Assembly: GCF_006345805.1 (NCBI RefSeq)
Contig: NC_043008.1
Coordinates: forward strand, 32,178,001 to 32,242,000
Reading direction: 5' to 3'
Length of the DNA stretch: 64,000 nt
From: Octopus sinensis
Lineage: Eukaryota
Position 1 is the stretch's first letter. The number at the start of each line of letters is the position of its first letter. The notes under the pieces were generated by a model. The model saw nothing but the letters and a program-made list of their open reading frames with translations, had not been told where the DNA came from and made no database searches. Made by a program: the position numbers and the translations under genes. Of the stretch, positions 28,250 through 41,107 are shown piece by piece.

Positions 28250-29059
28250 CTACACAGTACATACATACATGCACAATGATATATCCCAGTGGCGATATTG
28301 TCCAAATCCTCGTCGCCACTGATATGTCCCATGATGACGACGTATTTCGTAATCTCTACGGAACTGGTTCGAACGGCATACCTTTGCCGACCGACCCTAC
28401 TGATTGTGACAGTCCACTATTTATTAGTAGTGGAATATCCCACCTCTCGCTTGGGGGCGTCCGCCACAACACATACCTATTGCAGAAAAATGTTATTGAG
28501 GTTTAAAGTTTAATCGTTTTCATCTAATCTGAAAACAAGATTTAGAAGCTGGCATTTTCTGCATGATAAGTTGTCTATCACAAAATGAAAGCAAAGCATT
28601 ACGACTACTAAAGTTGTAAGAACTTCTGATGTTTTAATAAGTTTTTTGTTTGCTTTTAAACTCTAATTCAATATTAAGAGCAGCAGAATTTAGATTATTT
28701 CTTTGGGTAAATTGACAAAGCTTTTGTATGATTGGATTTGCAGATTTAGATTTTTTATTTTCAGGCATTTTGACAAGATCAGTAGCTGAATTGAAGGCTT
28801 TATTTTTATTTTGCATGAATTTCGACTCACAAACTAACTTTGCCCTAACAATGGCAGATAGCTCTTCCTGGCTTACGGTGGATGCACTGGCTCCTTTTGC
28901 ATTTAAAAAAATTCTATATTAACCATGGCTTTACTATTCATATGATCAGATTCTCTTCGTATTATATAGGTGATGTATTCTCATACCTCTTCTTGCTAGC
29001 TCTTCCTACTATATATAGATATAGCTAATTTATTTCTTGATTTTATAAAATAATTAGTA

Positions 29060-29520
29060 TTACATGAAACTTACAGGGTACACCGGTCCACAGAGAATTT
29101 CAATCCCAGAGCCGATGTCAGTGAGGGACCTGGGTATCGACATGAGTGATGATACCTCTTTCCAAGTGCACATTACCAGGATGGCGACAAAGTGCAGACG
29201 ACTGGCTGGATTGATCCTAAGAACATTCAGAACTAGAAATAAGGAAACCATGATGGTCCTCTGGCGGACATTCATCCTCAGCTGCCTGGATTACTGCTCA
29301 CAGCTATGGTCACTCACCAGTGTGAAATTAACAGTGGGCCTTGAAGCAATCCAGAGAAGATTCACAAAGAAGATCGTCTCTTTGCAACAGCTCGGCTACT
29401 GTGAAAGGTTGAAACAGTTAAGACTCTACTCCCTGGAGAGAAGACGGGAGAGGTATGCAGTAATATATATCTGGAAGATCCTGGAAGGAATTGTGCCAAA
29501 TTTTGGCATTGAAAGCGTTG
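29060..29520 (+). mobile_element. CR1-group LINE RT C-terminal fragment
   Basis: VRDLGI...LDYCSQLWS...LEAIQRRFTK...YCERLKQLRLYSLERRRERY. Confidence 0.88.
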
Positions 29521-30205
29521 CAAGTAACCATTTTTAAATAAGGCGCCAATTTGTGGTAGCTGGCAATATGATGTAATGTCGTATTGCCGAAGAAATATTA
29601 TTGTTTTTCCATTGGTTAATATAACTGCTCATATAGGAATTCTAAGAGTTACTTAAAGAATATTTGTATGTAATTTCGATTCTTTAAAGTCAAGTTGAGC
29701 AGTTATAAAAACCCTCGATTTTGGGAAAAACTTCAGTCTTTGTTGGATGTAACTAAACTCCACGACACTCACTCCCTTGAGACATTGGTAATTTTTCATG
29801 CCATGTCCAAGGGAAATCCAACAAGTCTTGTTTGAATTGTTGAGATTTAATATTGGCTAGAATGAGAAATTAGATAGTTAAAATATATAGTTGTAATTCT
29901 CTACGACGAAATTTACTTTTCTTTAAAATGTATATAATATAAAGTTATATGTATATATTAAAAATTAATTAAGAAAATGTTTTCTCTTTCTTCACGTTCA
30001 ACTATGTATAAAATGTATTTCTGTAATTATTAAATTGTATTTTCTTATAGCGGTTAAAATTGATATAATGATTACATTGTTCAATTTGATGGAACCGCTT
30101 GAAACGGTCGTACTGCATTACTACCTGAAATCCTGTTAATTATTTTGATTTTATTCTGCTTACTTCGAGCTATGCGGATAATACCGGACTGACTTAGTGC
30201 TTCAA

Positions 30206-30399
<194 letters not shown>

Positions 30400-30457
30400 G
30401 CATACATATACAAATATATATATATGTATACATATACACATATATATCTATGTATGT

Positions 30458-30489
<32 letters not shown>

Positions 30490-30544
30490 AGATATATATA
30501 TATATATATAATATATATATATATTATATATATATATATATATA

Positions 30545-31004
30545 CTAGCAGTATCGCCCGGCGTTGCTCGGGTTTGTAAGGGAAATAACTATATAAGCAT
30601 TTTCAGAGAGTTACTTCCCTTATAGATGCCAATTCGGGCTTTCTTAGCCATTTCTGTTTTGGTGTCTTCAAGCCATTAAGTCGTTGTTCTAAAAGAACGC
30701 TGGTCTCCTTGACAACGCATTACGACGTTGATTTCCTTACACTCCCTTCCCGACAGGTGCAGCTGTGAGCGTGGACGCCAACTCCGCCGCCATTGACACA
30801 CGAAAGATTATGCATTAAAATGGAATAAAAAATGATGTTAAATTATTTTTAAAATCGTAGACTCATCGTTGACGCGCGCTAATAGCCAGACGGGCTCGAT
30901 ATGAATCACGACTATAAGATAACCGAATTTGGTTAAACTGCACCGCAAAATGTGGGAGGAGTTAGGAATCTAAATCGAAGGGGACAGACACTCACACAAC
31001 TAGA

Positions 31005-31052
<48 letters not shown>
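30545..31052 (-). mobile_element. Non-autonomous Helitron, copy 2, inverted relative to copy 1
   Basis: Highly similar reverse complement of 20618-21130 with an internal deletion of about 40 bp. Its 5' end merges into (AT)n. Confidence 0.85.
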
Positions 31053-31056
<4 letters not shown>

Positions 31057-31164
31057 TGACAGTAAACACGTCTCAATTTAAGGAGGAATTAATGATTAAC
31101 GCCTACCTGTCGCATTGAGTTCTACCAACGTATAACATACATCCATGTATATTAAGCATCTACA

Positions 31165-31227
<63 letters not shown>

Positions 31228-31569
31228 ACACACACACACACACATATATATATGCAGATTATTTGGACTTTGGTTATATGTCAATCTATATGCCTATTAG
31301 AGCACTTTCACTGTTTAGGCAACCTGATGTCATTCACAATCAGATATAGTTGTCACGTTGTCATGGATCTACACCAAGTATTCTGCAGTGTTCCTTAGAT
31401 TAATATTGAATGACTATATGTAGTAACGTGACACAGTCTGAATTAACGGATGCAACACAACAAGAAATACTATATCCCACCCGTGAGGGACAGATGCAGG
31501 ATAGGTCGAAACGATCGTTGTTCTGCATTAAGATTCTTCCTCAATCTATTTTCCGTTTCTCTCATTCAT

Positions 31570-31630
<61 letters not shown>

Positions 31631-31900
31631 CTATCCATCTATCTATTTATTTTCTTTTTGAAACATATTTCTATTATATATATATATACGACGTGCTTCT
31701 TGCAGTTTCTGTCTACTAAAGGCTTTGGTACGCCCGAGGCTATAGTGGAAGAACCCGCAACCACGTGGTTGGTAAGCAAGCTACTTACCACACAGCTACT
31801 CCTGCATATATATGTGTGCATATATAAAAATATATATATATATATATCTTTCCCTGTTGCCCGCTCTGGGATCTTTCTTTCCTCTCTCTTCCTTCTTTAT

Positions 31901-31935
31901 GTTTCCGACGAAGAGCTCCGCTCGAAACGTCATAC
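31901..31935 (+). ncRNA. Degenerate minimal hammerhead motif in a short pLTR-like repeat (about 31848-32028)
   Basis: GUUU-CCGACGA-A-GAGC-UCC-GCUC-GAAA-CGUC-AUAC, with palindromic ACGU stem III and stem I pairing at 3 of 4 positions. Confidence 0.55.
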
Positions 31936-32022
31936 CTCCCTGCTTCCATCTCCTGAACGCCTATTAATAATAATACTGTAATTGTTCCTGTTGTTGTTGT
32001 TTTTTTGTTTCCCTTTTGGATT

Positions 32023-32158
<136 letters not shown>

Positions 32159-32162
32159 ATAT

Positions 32163-32194
<32 letters not shown>

Positions 32195-32199
32195 TATAA

Positions 32200-32252
<53 letters not shown>

Positions 32253-32590
32253 TACATACATGCATGCATAGATACATACATACATGCATACATACATACA
32301 TGCATACATACATACATACATACATACATACATACATAGACACACAAACACATATAAACAGTTTAGCGGCAGTATCGTTGCAAGTTAACTCAGAACGTAC
32401 GGACCCGAGCAAATAACGCAAAACATGGAGTCTACTGCTCTAACCATTCTCCCAAGTCGCTGCTATTCATTTTATCGATCGCGGAATGATGAAAGGTAAA
32501 GATGACCTCAGCGGGATTTAAGCTTAGAGGGAGAGCAACCGGAACAAATACTACAAAGACACTTTGTCTGAGGCTTTAATGACACATTTC

Positions 32591-32690
<100 letters not shown>

Positions 32691-32729
32691 GTCTATCTGT
32701 CTGTCTGTCTGTCCGTCTGTCTGTCTATC

Positions 32730-32772
<43 letters not shown>

Positions 32773-32988
32773 GTTCTGTATATACATTTACACATACACA
32801 CACACATTTACATACATAAATGCACACATACATATGCATACATATATACATTTATGTATATCAAGATAGATAGATAAACGTATAAAATGTATCGTTAGTG
32901 GGCCAGACTGTAAATAAATGCATACCTACAGAGATAGATAGATACATACATACATACATACACACACGCATACACACACACACGCACA

Positions 32989-33030
<42 letters not shown>

Positions 33031-33034
33031 TACA

Positions 33035-33428
33035 GGCGCAGGAGTGGCTGTGTGACATGGTTCCGGGTTCAATCCCACTGCGTGGCACCTTGGGCAAGTG
33101 TCTTCTACTATAGCCTCGGACCGACCAAAGCCTTGAGAGTGGATTTGGTAGACGGAAACTGAAAGAAGCCCGTCGTATATATGTATACATATATATATAT
33201 GTATGTGTGCGTGTATGTTTGTGTGTGTGTGTTTGTCCCCCTAGCATTGCTTGACAACCGATGCTGGTGTGTTTATCTCCTCGTCACTTAGCGGTTCGGC
33301 AAAAGAGACCGATAGAATAAGTACTGGGCTTACAAAGAATAAGTCCCGGGGTCGAGTTGCTCGATTAAAGGCGGTGCTCCAGTATGGCCGCAGTCAAATG
33401 ACTGAAACAAGTAAAAGAGAAAGAGAGA
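33035..33428 (+). mobile_element. tRNA-derived SINE family A, near full length
   Basis: A-box-like TGGCTGTGTG, B-box GGTTCAATCCC, GCACCTTGGGCAAGTG core, internal microsatellite and tail GCAGTCAAATGACTGAAACAAGT. Other copies are at about 15975-16170(-), 18400-18510(-), 39330-39480(-), 47150-47340(-), 54765-54960(-), 59904-60046(+), 60989-61470(+) and 63290-63630(-). Confidence 0.85.
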
Positions 33429-34213
33429 CATACATACATACATAAACGTGTTATTACCGCATCAATCGGACTCTCTCCGTATATGTGTGTGTGTGTGTGT
33501 GCGTTTATACATATACATATATACACATTCATAGACATGTACACACACTTACATAGATGTATGTACTCGCGAAATATGTGTAAGTTCCACGGTTAACAAC
33601 CAAAAAATTCCCCACTACTTTTCATTAAGTTTTTAAGCGTCAAAATTGTTCGAATTTCATCCATCACATCTTGTATGCTCAACATGTTGGAATGATAAAA
33701 AAACTCCAGTCTACAGATTTTAGTAGGTATTTTTGAATTATTCGACACCTTGCGTAAACCAGAAAATATCCACTAGTTATTTTAAGGAACGTAACTAATA
33801 AAAATAGCTTATTTAAAGGTATTAGCTACTTGTGTTTTCTTTCATTTATCGTATGGTGTCTTATAGCCTCAGTCTATCAGCAAAGTTATGTATTTATGAC
33901 ATATGTATTTCATTGAAATTAAATAATCTTTTCTACTATAAGCACAAGGCCTGAAATTGTTGGGGTGGGGACTAGTCGATTCCCTGGTACTAAATTTATC
34001 GACATCGAAAGGATGAAAGGCAAAGTCGACCTCGGCGGAATTTGATTTGAAACGAAATAATACTGTTCTTTCATACATATTCATATAAATATTTTGTAAG
34101 TTTCTTTTTCTTACGAATAAAATTTTTCAAGCGTCACGCATTAGATAAGATGGATGGAACAATGTGTGCGTTTGTGTGTGCACACTGAATACGGAGATTA
34201 ATATATCTGCATA

Positions 34214-34438
34214 TTTTTACTGTCAATTTTATTTCATTTCATTTAAAAATCTGTCCGACGAACGTTTCTGTTGCATAGACATCTCGCAATTAGATTTTCA
34301 TCCAGTTTCATTCATCTGGTAAGTATTCTGTGCAGTTTTATTCAAAGTTCAGTTACTGGTGTGATTTGAAGCAAACGTCGGACAGATTTCAAATTGAATT
34401 AAATTAAATCAAATATGCTGTACAATTGACTGTAAAAA
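34214..34438. mobile_element. Fold-back MITE-like element
   Basis: tttttactgtcaatt / aattgactgtaaaaa (one mismatch) and aaatctgtccgacg / cgtcggacagattt (perfect). Confidence 0.55.
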
Positions 34439-35054
34439 CGAAAAGAAATAATAAAAAAAAAAAAACAAGAGCACTCAGAGAGCGCAAACCCCTGCCAAGG
34501 CAACACCAACGTCCTCTCAACGATTAGCCAGAGATGATTTTTAAAACGAGAATATCTGAAATAAAAACTCGACTGCACTCAAAAACGAAAATACTAAAAA
34601 TGAACCCGACTGCTCTCAAAAATTAAGTGAAAAAAGCAGGAAAAATAATCCAGAATCCTTGTCCGGTACCAGATCGATTCCAAAATCTTATCAATTCGTG
34701 CCAGTCAAGAGTCCAAACATCCCTGAAAGTTTCATCCGAATCCATCCTGCGGTTCTTGAAATATCAGACAAACAAGCGAACAAACACGACTGAAAACAAT
34801 ACCTCCGCATTCTCCGTATTCAATGTAATTGTATTGGATATACACTCGGTAAGATATTTATAATCCAGTGAAACAAATTCAGGATTTACTCTTCAGATGA
34901 AATATAATGGGATTGCTTACCTCAAATAATCTTAGGTGCTTACATACATATATATTTTGTCTTGCCTTGGGTCCTCAATCCCTGATAGAGTCATGAGGCA
35001 CCATTGTGATAAACAGTATGTGTTGGACCCTTTTTATACTTGTCGGAGCCCAAC

Positions 35055-35125
<71 letters not shown>

Positions 35126-35961
35126 GTGAGGGGGAAGACTGGTACTTATTTATCGACCCAGATCCCGAAAGGATGAAAGGCAATGTTGACATGGGTGGTA
35201 TTTCAGATCAGATCGGAAAGAGGCAGAACGAATACTCCAAGACAATTTACCCGACGTTCTCCTGACGTGCCAGCAAATTACATACTCTTTCTAATTGCTT
35301 TAATTTCTTGTGTAGTTGCAAAAAAAACATGGAACGCTATCAGCTCCCCGACCTTTGTCTCAACGGAAAATCGAGAATATGACAACCGGAGGTAAAGAAA
35401 CTGGGGACACACACACTCAGTTGTTAGTCATTACAGATATATATGTGCGTGTGTATGTATGTATAAATGTACGTGTGTGTGTGTGTATTTATACACATAC
35501 ACGCACACACACACACACATGTATATTTACATACATAACAAGAAAACTTCAGCAGTCAACTTACCTTGACAACCAGCACAATTAAACATGAACTGTCACA
35601 CAAATAATCTATGATAAATACCCATTAAAATTTTGAGTATAATATAGCTAAAGGACTCTCCAGATCTCACTACTTTTGAAAATCACGGGAATTGTTAAAC
35701 TACTTAAGTAACTGGGAATAATTTTTAAAAAATGTATTTTAAACCATTTGAACCTATTTTTTTCTTGTAATATATATATATATATCTAATAAATCTCTGA
35801 GCAAGAGTTAAATGTCAATAGCCAGCTGGAGAAGATGTTCTCCTGGGGCTACAAGCTACAGTAGCATCCACCCTTAGTGGTTAGCCACATTTAAGTGACA
35901 AATATATTTCACATTGTCCTGCAGCTCCTGTTAATACCTCGTTCAGAGATTTATTATATAT

Positions 35962-36102
<141 letters not shown>

Positions 36103-36153
36103 TTAAAATTAGTAAGTCTCTCTAAAAGAGATTACGGCAGCGTTCCTGGAAAT

Positions 36154-36431
36154 TAATAGTTATCGCCATACTAATATGGCATTCTTATAAAAATAAGAAA
36201 AAAGCTGTCCGCTGTTTAGCTCCATGAGGCCATCGCCTTAAGTTAGCTATTCGATACACAAACTGTCGGTCAAGTAGTGTGGAGCGACTGACCTCCCTTG
36301 TTCGAAGGTTATATGGATACAGTTTGTGTATCGAATAGCTAACTTAAGGCGATGGCCTCATGGAGCTAAACAGCGGGCAGCTTTTTTCTTATTTTTATAA
36401 GAATGCCATATTAGTATGGCGATAACTATTA
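36154..36431. repeat. Inverted repeat with 113-bp arms, 52-bp spacer and one mismatch
   Basis: 36154-36266 is the reverse complement of 36319-36431. Confidence 0.95.
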
Positions 36432-36447
36432 TATATATATATATATA

Positions 36448-38640
36448 TTGGTAAAAACGGTAAGATAACAAAAGAAAGAAAGAGACCTCAATATTATGTA
36501 AATAGAGGAAATTTATCTATAAAATAATATGTTACATTTACTCAATAGTCAAGATAAAACTCTGAGTTTCAGATGCCGAAGTGGAAATCCACAACACCAT
36601 CTCTTCGGTTATCTGGCCATCTGAAAAACGCTATGAAAAAATACCGTTATATAAAGGGAAATTACTGTTATAATTCTGCTCGCGAACCCACGTGCGTACT
36701 TATACGTCACTATGAAAACGTACACATCTTCACTCGCATTTTTCGCCAAATATATACGCATATATATACAAACTCATACACACACATGCGTACGGTAAAA
36801 GTTCATACATACGTCTATATACGCACAAGCACAAGAAAAACCATGGTTAAAGGTAACAGAAAAAAACATAAGGAAGTATACAAAGCATAAAAACTACGTT
36901 CATATACGGACATGCCCCTATGCACTCATACACACACACACGCCCATATGTACATACCCGTACATATTTATATACGCATACATACACACGCATATACAAA
37001 AAATGAATATACATATGTCCCCCCCACCAAAAAGAAATGGAAAAATACTAAGTAAAAACGTCTACATATATGTGCATTCTTATGCCCGCACACACGCACA
37101 CATCTAAAACTGCCCACTCATACATATTCACACACGTGTACAAATGAATCTATATACACATCTATATAGGCACAGGAAAAAATGCAGGATAGAAAAGTAC
37201 AGAAAAAATTAATGTGTGAAAACATAAAAATATATATGAAATAATAAAAGGTATGAGATGAAAAACTTTTTGGGACATAATATAGAAGGCAAGTTCTATC
37301 TGTTTTCTTTAGGGGACCAAAAACGTAACAAAAATTTAGTCACATATGGGCATGATCCGAAAAGTTCTGTCCTTGAGTTTAGACATGTAGTAGGGTCTAA
37401 GCTGCTATTCCAGATAAGCCATCTCTCCATGTCGCATAGACCGCACCTTCCGCTGCCGTTGGTATAGGGCTTACATTTGGCCAAAATCTTCCAATGGATG
37501 TTATAATCGACACCTTTATCTTTTAAAGACCAAATATAATTAGATAATTTTGTCGCTTTTCTTTTGTTCCAGAGCCTAAAACTCAAGGTGTGGTTATTGA
37601 ACCTGGCCTTGAAATTACCCTCTGTAAGGCCCACGTATTTCTTCGTCGAAACGGTGTCTTTAGTGGTTATAGAGCCCACGGTAGCTTCATAGATGATGGT
37701 CTCGGACATGCAAGCTCCATTTAGCGGGCACAATTTTTTATTCCTGCATGAACAGCTGTTTTCTTGTTGTGGTTTTTGTGTGTTATGTGTGATTATATTT
37801 TTAAAATTGGTAGTTGAACTAAAACTAATTTTTAAATTGTGTTTACTGAAGAGTTTCCTATAAGTATGGCTAACTGGAAAATGTCTATCTATCAGTGTTA
37901 AGAAATATTTACCTATATTGAAGGTCACCTCGGGTGAGTAAGGGGGTGTAAACCAGATGATCTTCCTATTTCTATTTTTCCTCTTCTTTACTGTTGGGCT
38001 AGTAACAGGTGTATATTTTATTTTTTCGCTAAAACCACTATCTTTTAAAACCTTATTATAAACTGGAGCAACGCTATTAAAAAAATTTCCTTATCGGAGG
38101 AGAGGCTAGAAATTCTCTTACTAATATTTTTAACTAAATTTTTGAATACTATAGGGGGATGGCATGAACCTACATTGATATAACTAAGTATATCATTGAG
38201 CTTCCTATAAGGCTTATAAATATTCTTATTTAGATCTAAGGAAACGTCTAGGAAATTGACAACCGTCAGGTTAGTATCTATAGTTATACAAAGTCCGAAG
38301 TATTTCATCAATTGGATAATATCCTTCCTAAAACGATCCTGTGCTGGTCCATTTGTATTAGCGGTTAAAGCGAGGGCATCATCTTTGTAGATGGCGAAAT
38401 ATACGTCAGGAAATGTCTTACCTAAAGTATCTAGGAGAAAAAATCCAATAAGATCGCAAATGGCTGCTCCATCATATGACCCCATGCTCACATCGAAAGC
38501 ACCCTCTGTGTCGGTATTTTTGACCCACTTTGCGTTTTCACTGAAAAGTAAGGTCTTTCTAGCATGGAAGATTATGTCCTTATCATTTGTACTGATTTCT
38601 ATGAGATCGCTAGCGAAGACGATAACGCGGCGATAACGCT
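36448..38640 (-). mobile_element. 5'-truncated Penelope-like element (RT thumb, Cys-rich linker, GIY-YIG endonuclease, 3' pLTR)
   Basis: IFHARKTLLF...FDVSMGSYDGA...YKDD...VNFLDVSLDL...SCHPP (38640-38045). CSCRNKKLCPLNGAC...YVGLTEGNFKARFNNH...CGLC (37928-37296). One frameshift between the two parts. The 3' end abuts (AT)n. Confidence 0.9.
36552..36614 (-). ncRNA. Degenerate type-I hammerhead ribozyme motif in the PLE 3' region
   Basis: Stem I AGAUAA/UUAUCU, core CCGAAGA (U4C), stem II GAUG/CAUC with an extra U before GAAA, stem III ACUC-A-GAGU, triplet GUU. Confidence 0.55.
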
Positions 38641-40309
38641 AGCTTCTTTATTAATTTCATTATATGTCTGTGGCCTAGCCTTAGTGTAATTATTAATGAT
38701 GCTGTTGTGTAAGAGTTGTGTATATATGCTGTTATAGATATGCATATATATATATATATGCATATCTATATGTATGTGTGTATGTATGTATGTATGTATG
38801 TATGTATGTATGTATGTATGTATGTATGCATATCAAAACGCATTTGTTAATAGTAATGAAGGAAAGGTGCTTAATGCCGGTAGTAGAGTATGACTAATTA
38901 AATTTGTCAGCCGAAGCTAAACAGATTGAAATTAGGTTTCCACAAAAACTTGACATCTGTTTTATCTCTTCTGTTTATTTGTTTTAGTCAACTATTTTGA
39001 ATTGAAAACATGCATCAACAAATAAAATAACATGGCGGCCGAGCACATTTTTTTCGGTTCGCTAACATTAATTTCACGGTCACGTGATGCTGATATGGGA
39101 GATCACCCTCGCGGGAATAAAGTTGTTCAGTTTATATGAGTATAGCAAAATTCGCACCTGAACTAATGGCGTCGATACAGGGAATAGAGTGTCGTGATCT
39201 CGCACACACTCACATATCACGCACGCTTATATATTTGTACGTATACACACAATCACACACGCACATACACACACACAATCACACACGCACACATATACAC
39301 AAACACACAGATAAGCACCCACGCGCACGATGGGTTTCTTTCAGCTTCTGTTTACCACATCCATTCACAAGACTTTGATCAGCCCGAGATTATAGAAGAT
39401 ACTTCCTCAAGGCGTCACACAGTGGGGCTGAACCCGAAACCATTTTGTTTGGAAGCGAATTTCTTACCATACAGCTATACTTGCACCGTTTTTTTTTCGA
39501 AAGCATAGGAAATCCCAATTTTGTCCAAACAACTATCTCTCAAAACATACCCAGTGTTAGTCTTCTTGAAGACATAGGGTATCTAGAATTCTGAAATATT
39601 TTAGACACGTCATTTTCTCATAAAAGTAACTCTTTCTCTTCAATACTTCTACAAACGTACACACGTACATGTATGTGCTATTGGTATTGGACGTACGTCC
39701 TGTGTGTATGTACCTGTTTTTGCTTATTATATGTGTATTTAGTATTATATATGCCTGTATTTGTGTTTGATTAAAACTGCTTTGAAGATATTCTCTCCTT
39801 CTGCAATACTATACACTGTCTCACTTCTTCGCATTAGGTTTCTTTATCTTTCCTTTAATGCAGATGCATGTATTGTTTTACCTTTTTCTGCATGTAACAT
39901 TTGCGAGCATTATTTTAAAATAACACATATACGTTCCACAACCCATGCTTCTATTGTCTAGTTTAATATTATTAGAAGAGAACAAATACTCGTTAATAAG
40001 GGCGCTTTTTCTTATTCAGATTACACAACTTCCAACAAGAACGCATATTTATTCCAATTCCTAAATAGATACGACTAAAGTAGTCCCAGCAACTTGTAAG
40101 TATCGTTATTATCGGGATAACAGAATCATTAGCACGTCGAGCAAAATACTTGGCGGTATTTCGTCCGTCATTACTTTCTGAGTTCAAAATCCGCCGAGGT
40201 CGACTTTACCTTTCATCCTTTCGGGGTCGATAAAATAAGTATCAGTTGAGTACTGGGATCGATGTAATTGATTTGTCCCCTGCCCCGAAATTGTCCATAA
40301 TTTGCTTAT

Positions 40310-40618
40310 CCGACTGTAATATTCTTTAATGACTTGTGTCTTGTTACAGGTATCGTCGTAAGATATATTTTCATCTACCCCTAGGTACATGTAACAGTTA
40401 AGCCATTGTTGTAGATACTGCTAGTCTAGTTTACAGTTTTCCCTCTCTTCACAGCCATAGAGCAACATTTATATTGACCAAATTCCAACATTATATCCTT
40501 TGAGAATGTTGTAACCTGATCAAGGCTCTTTTTCATCTGATGCATACATTGGCATACAGTTTCAAGTCATCTACAAAGAGGTTGTGTGTAATTTTGGTAT
40601 TCCTGTTTCCTTGCGAAC
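40310..40618 (-). mobile_element. R4/Dong-like LINE reverse-transcriptase fragment
   Basis: ITHNLFVDDLKLYA (RT catalytic motif), then YMYLGVDENI...VIKEYYSRISKLW. Confidence 0.75.
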
Positions 40619-40626
40619 ATACATAC

Positions 40627-40657
<31 letters not shown>

Positions 40658-40774
40658 TGTATGTATGTATGTATGTACGTATGTACGTATGTACGTATGT
40701 ATGTATGTATGTATGTATGTATGTATGTATGTATGTATGTATGCGCGTGACGTGCGTATGTGCGTGCGTGTAAG

Positions 40775-41107
40775 GGTAAAGACCCCCTTCGGTCATGAAT
40801 GACCATGGGATTGCACCTAGAAAGTTACCCTCCTAGACACAAGTCCGGGCAAGGTTGTTTATGGAAGATCAGCAGTCGTCCATGCATACCAGCCTCCCCT
40901 CTCCACGCCACCAGTGTTATCCAAGGGAAAGACAAAGGTCGATACAGCTTGGCACCAGTGACGTCGCAACTCATTTCTACAGCTGAGTGAACTGGAGCAA
41001 CGAGAAATAAAGTGCTTTGCTCAAGAACACAACACGCAGCCCGGTCCGGGATTCGAGCTCACAACCTCACGATCGTAAGCTCGACGCTCTAACCACTGAG
41101 CCATGCG
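40775..41107 (-). mobile_element. tRNA-derived SINE family C
   Basis: TGGCTCAGTGGTTAGAGCG A-box and GAGCTCGAATCCC B-box, then GTGTTCTTGAGCAAAGCACTTT...CCAGTTCACTCAGCTG. Decayed relatives at about 45310-45600 and 54495-54640. Confidence 0.8.

Noticed and set aside
28634-28905. Minus-strand open frame of about 90 codons (NAKGASAST...FKSKQKTY) as an extra exon
   Set aside because: No Cys pattern, no compatible splice phase and no recognisable motif.
40775-41107. Possible tRNA gene (strong A and B boxes)
   Set aside because: It has no proper acceptor stem and continues into a body shared with other dispersed copies, so it is a SINE head.
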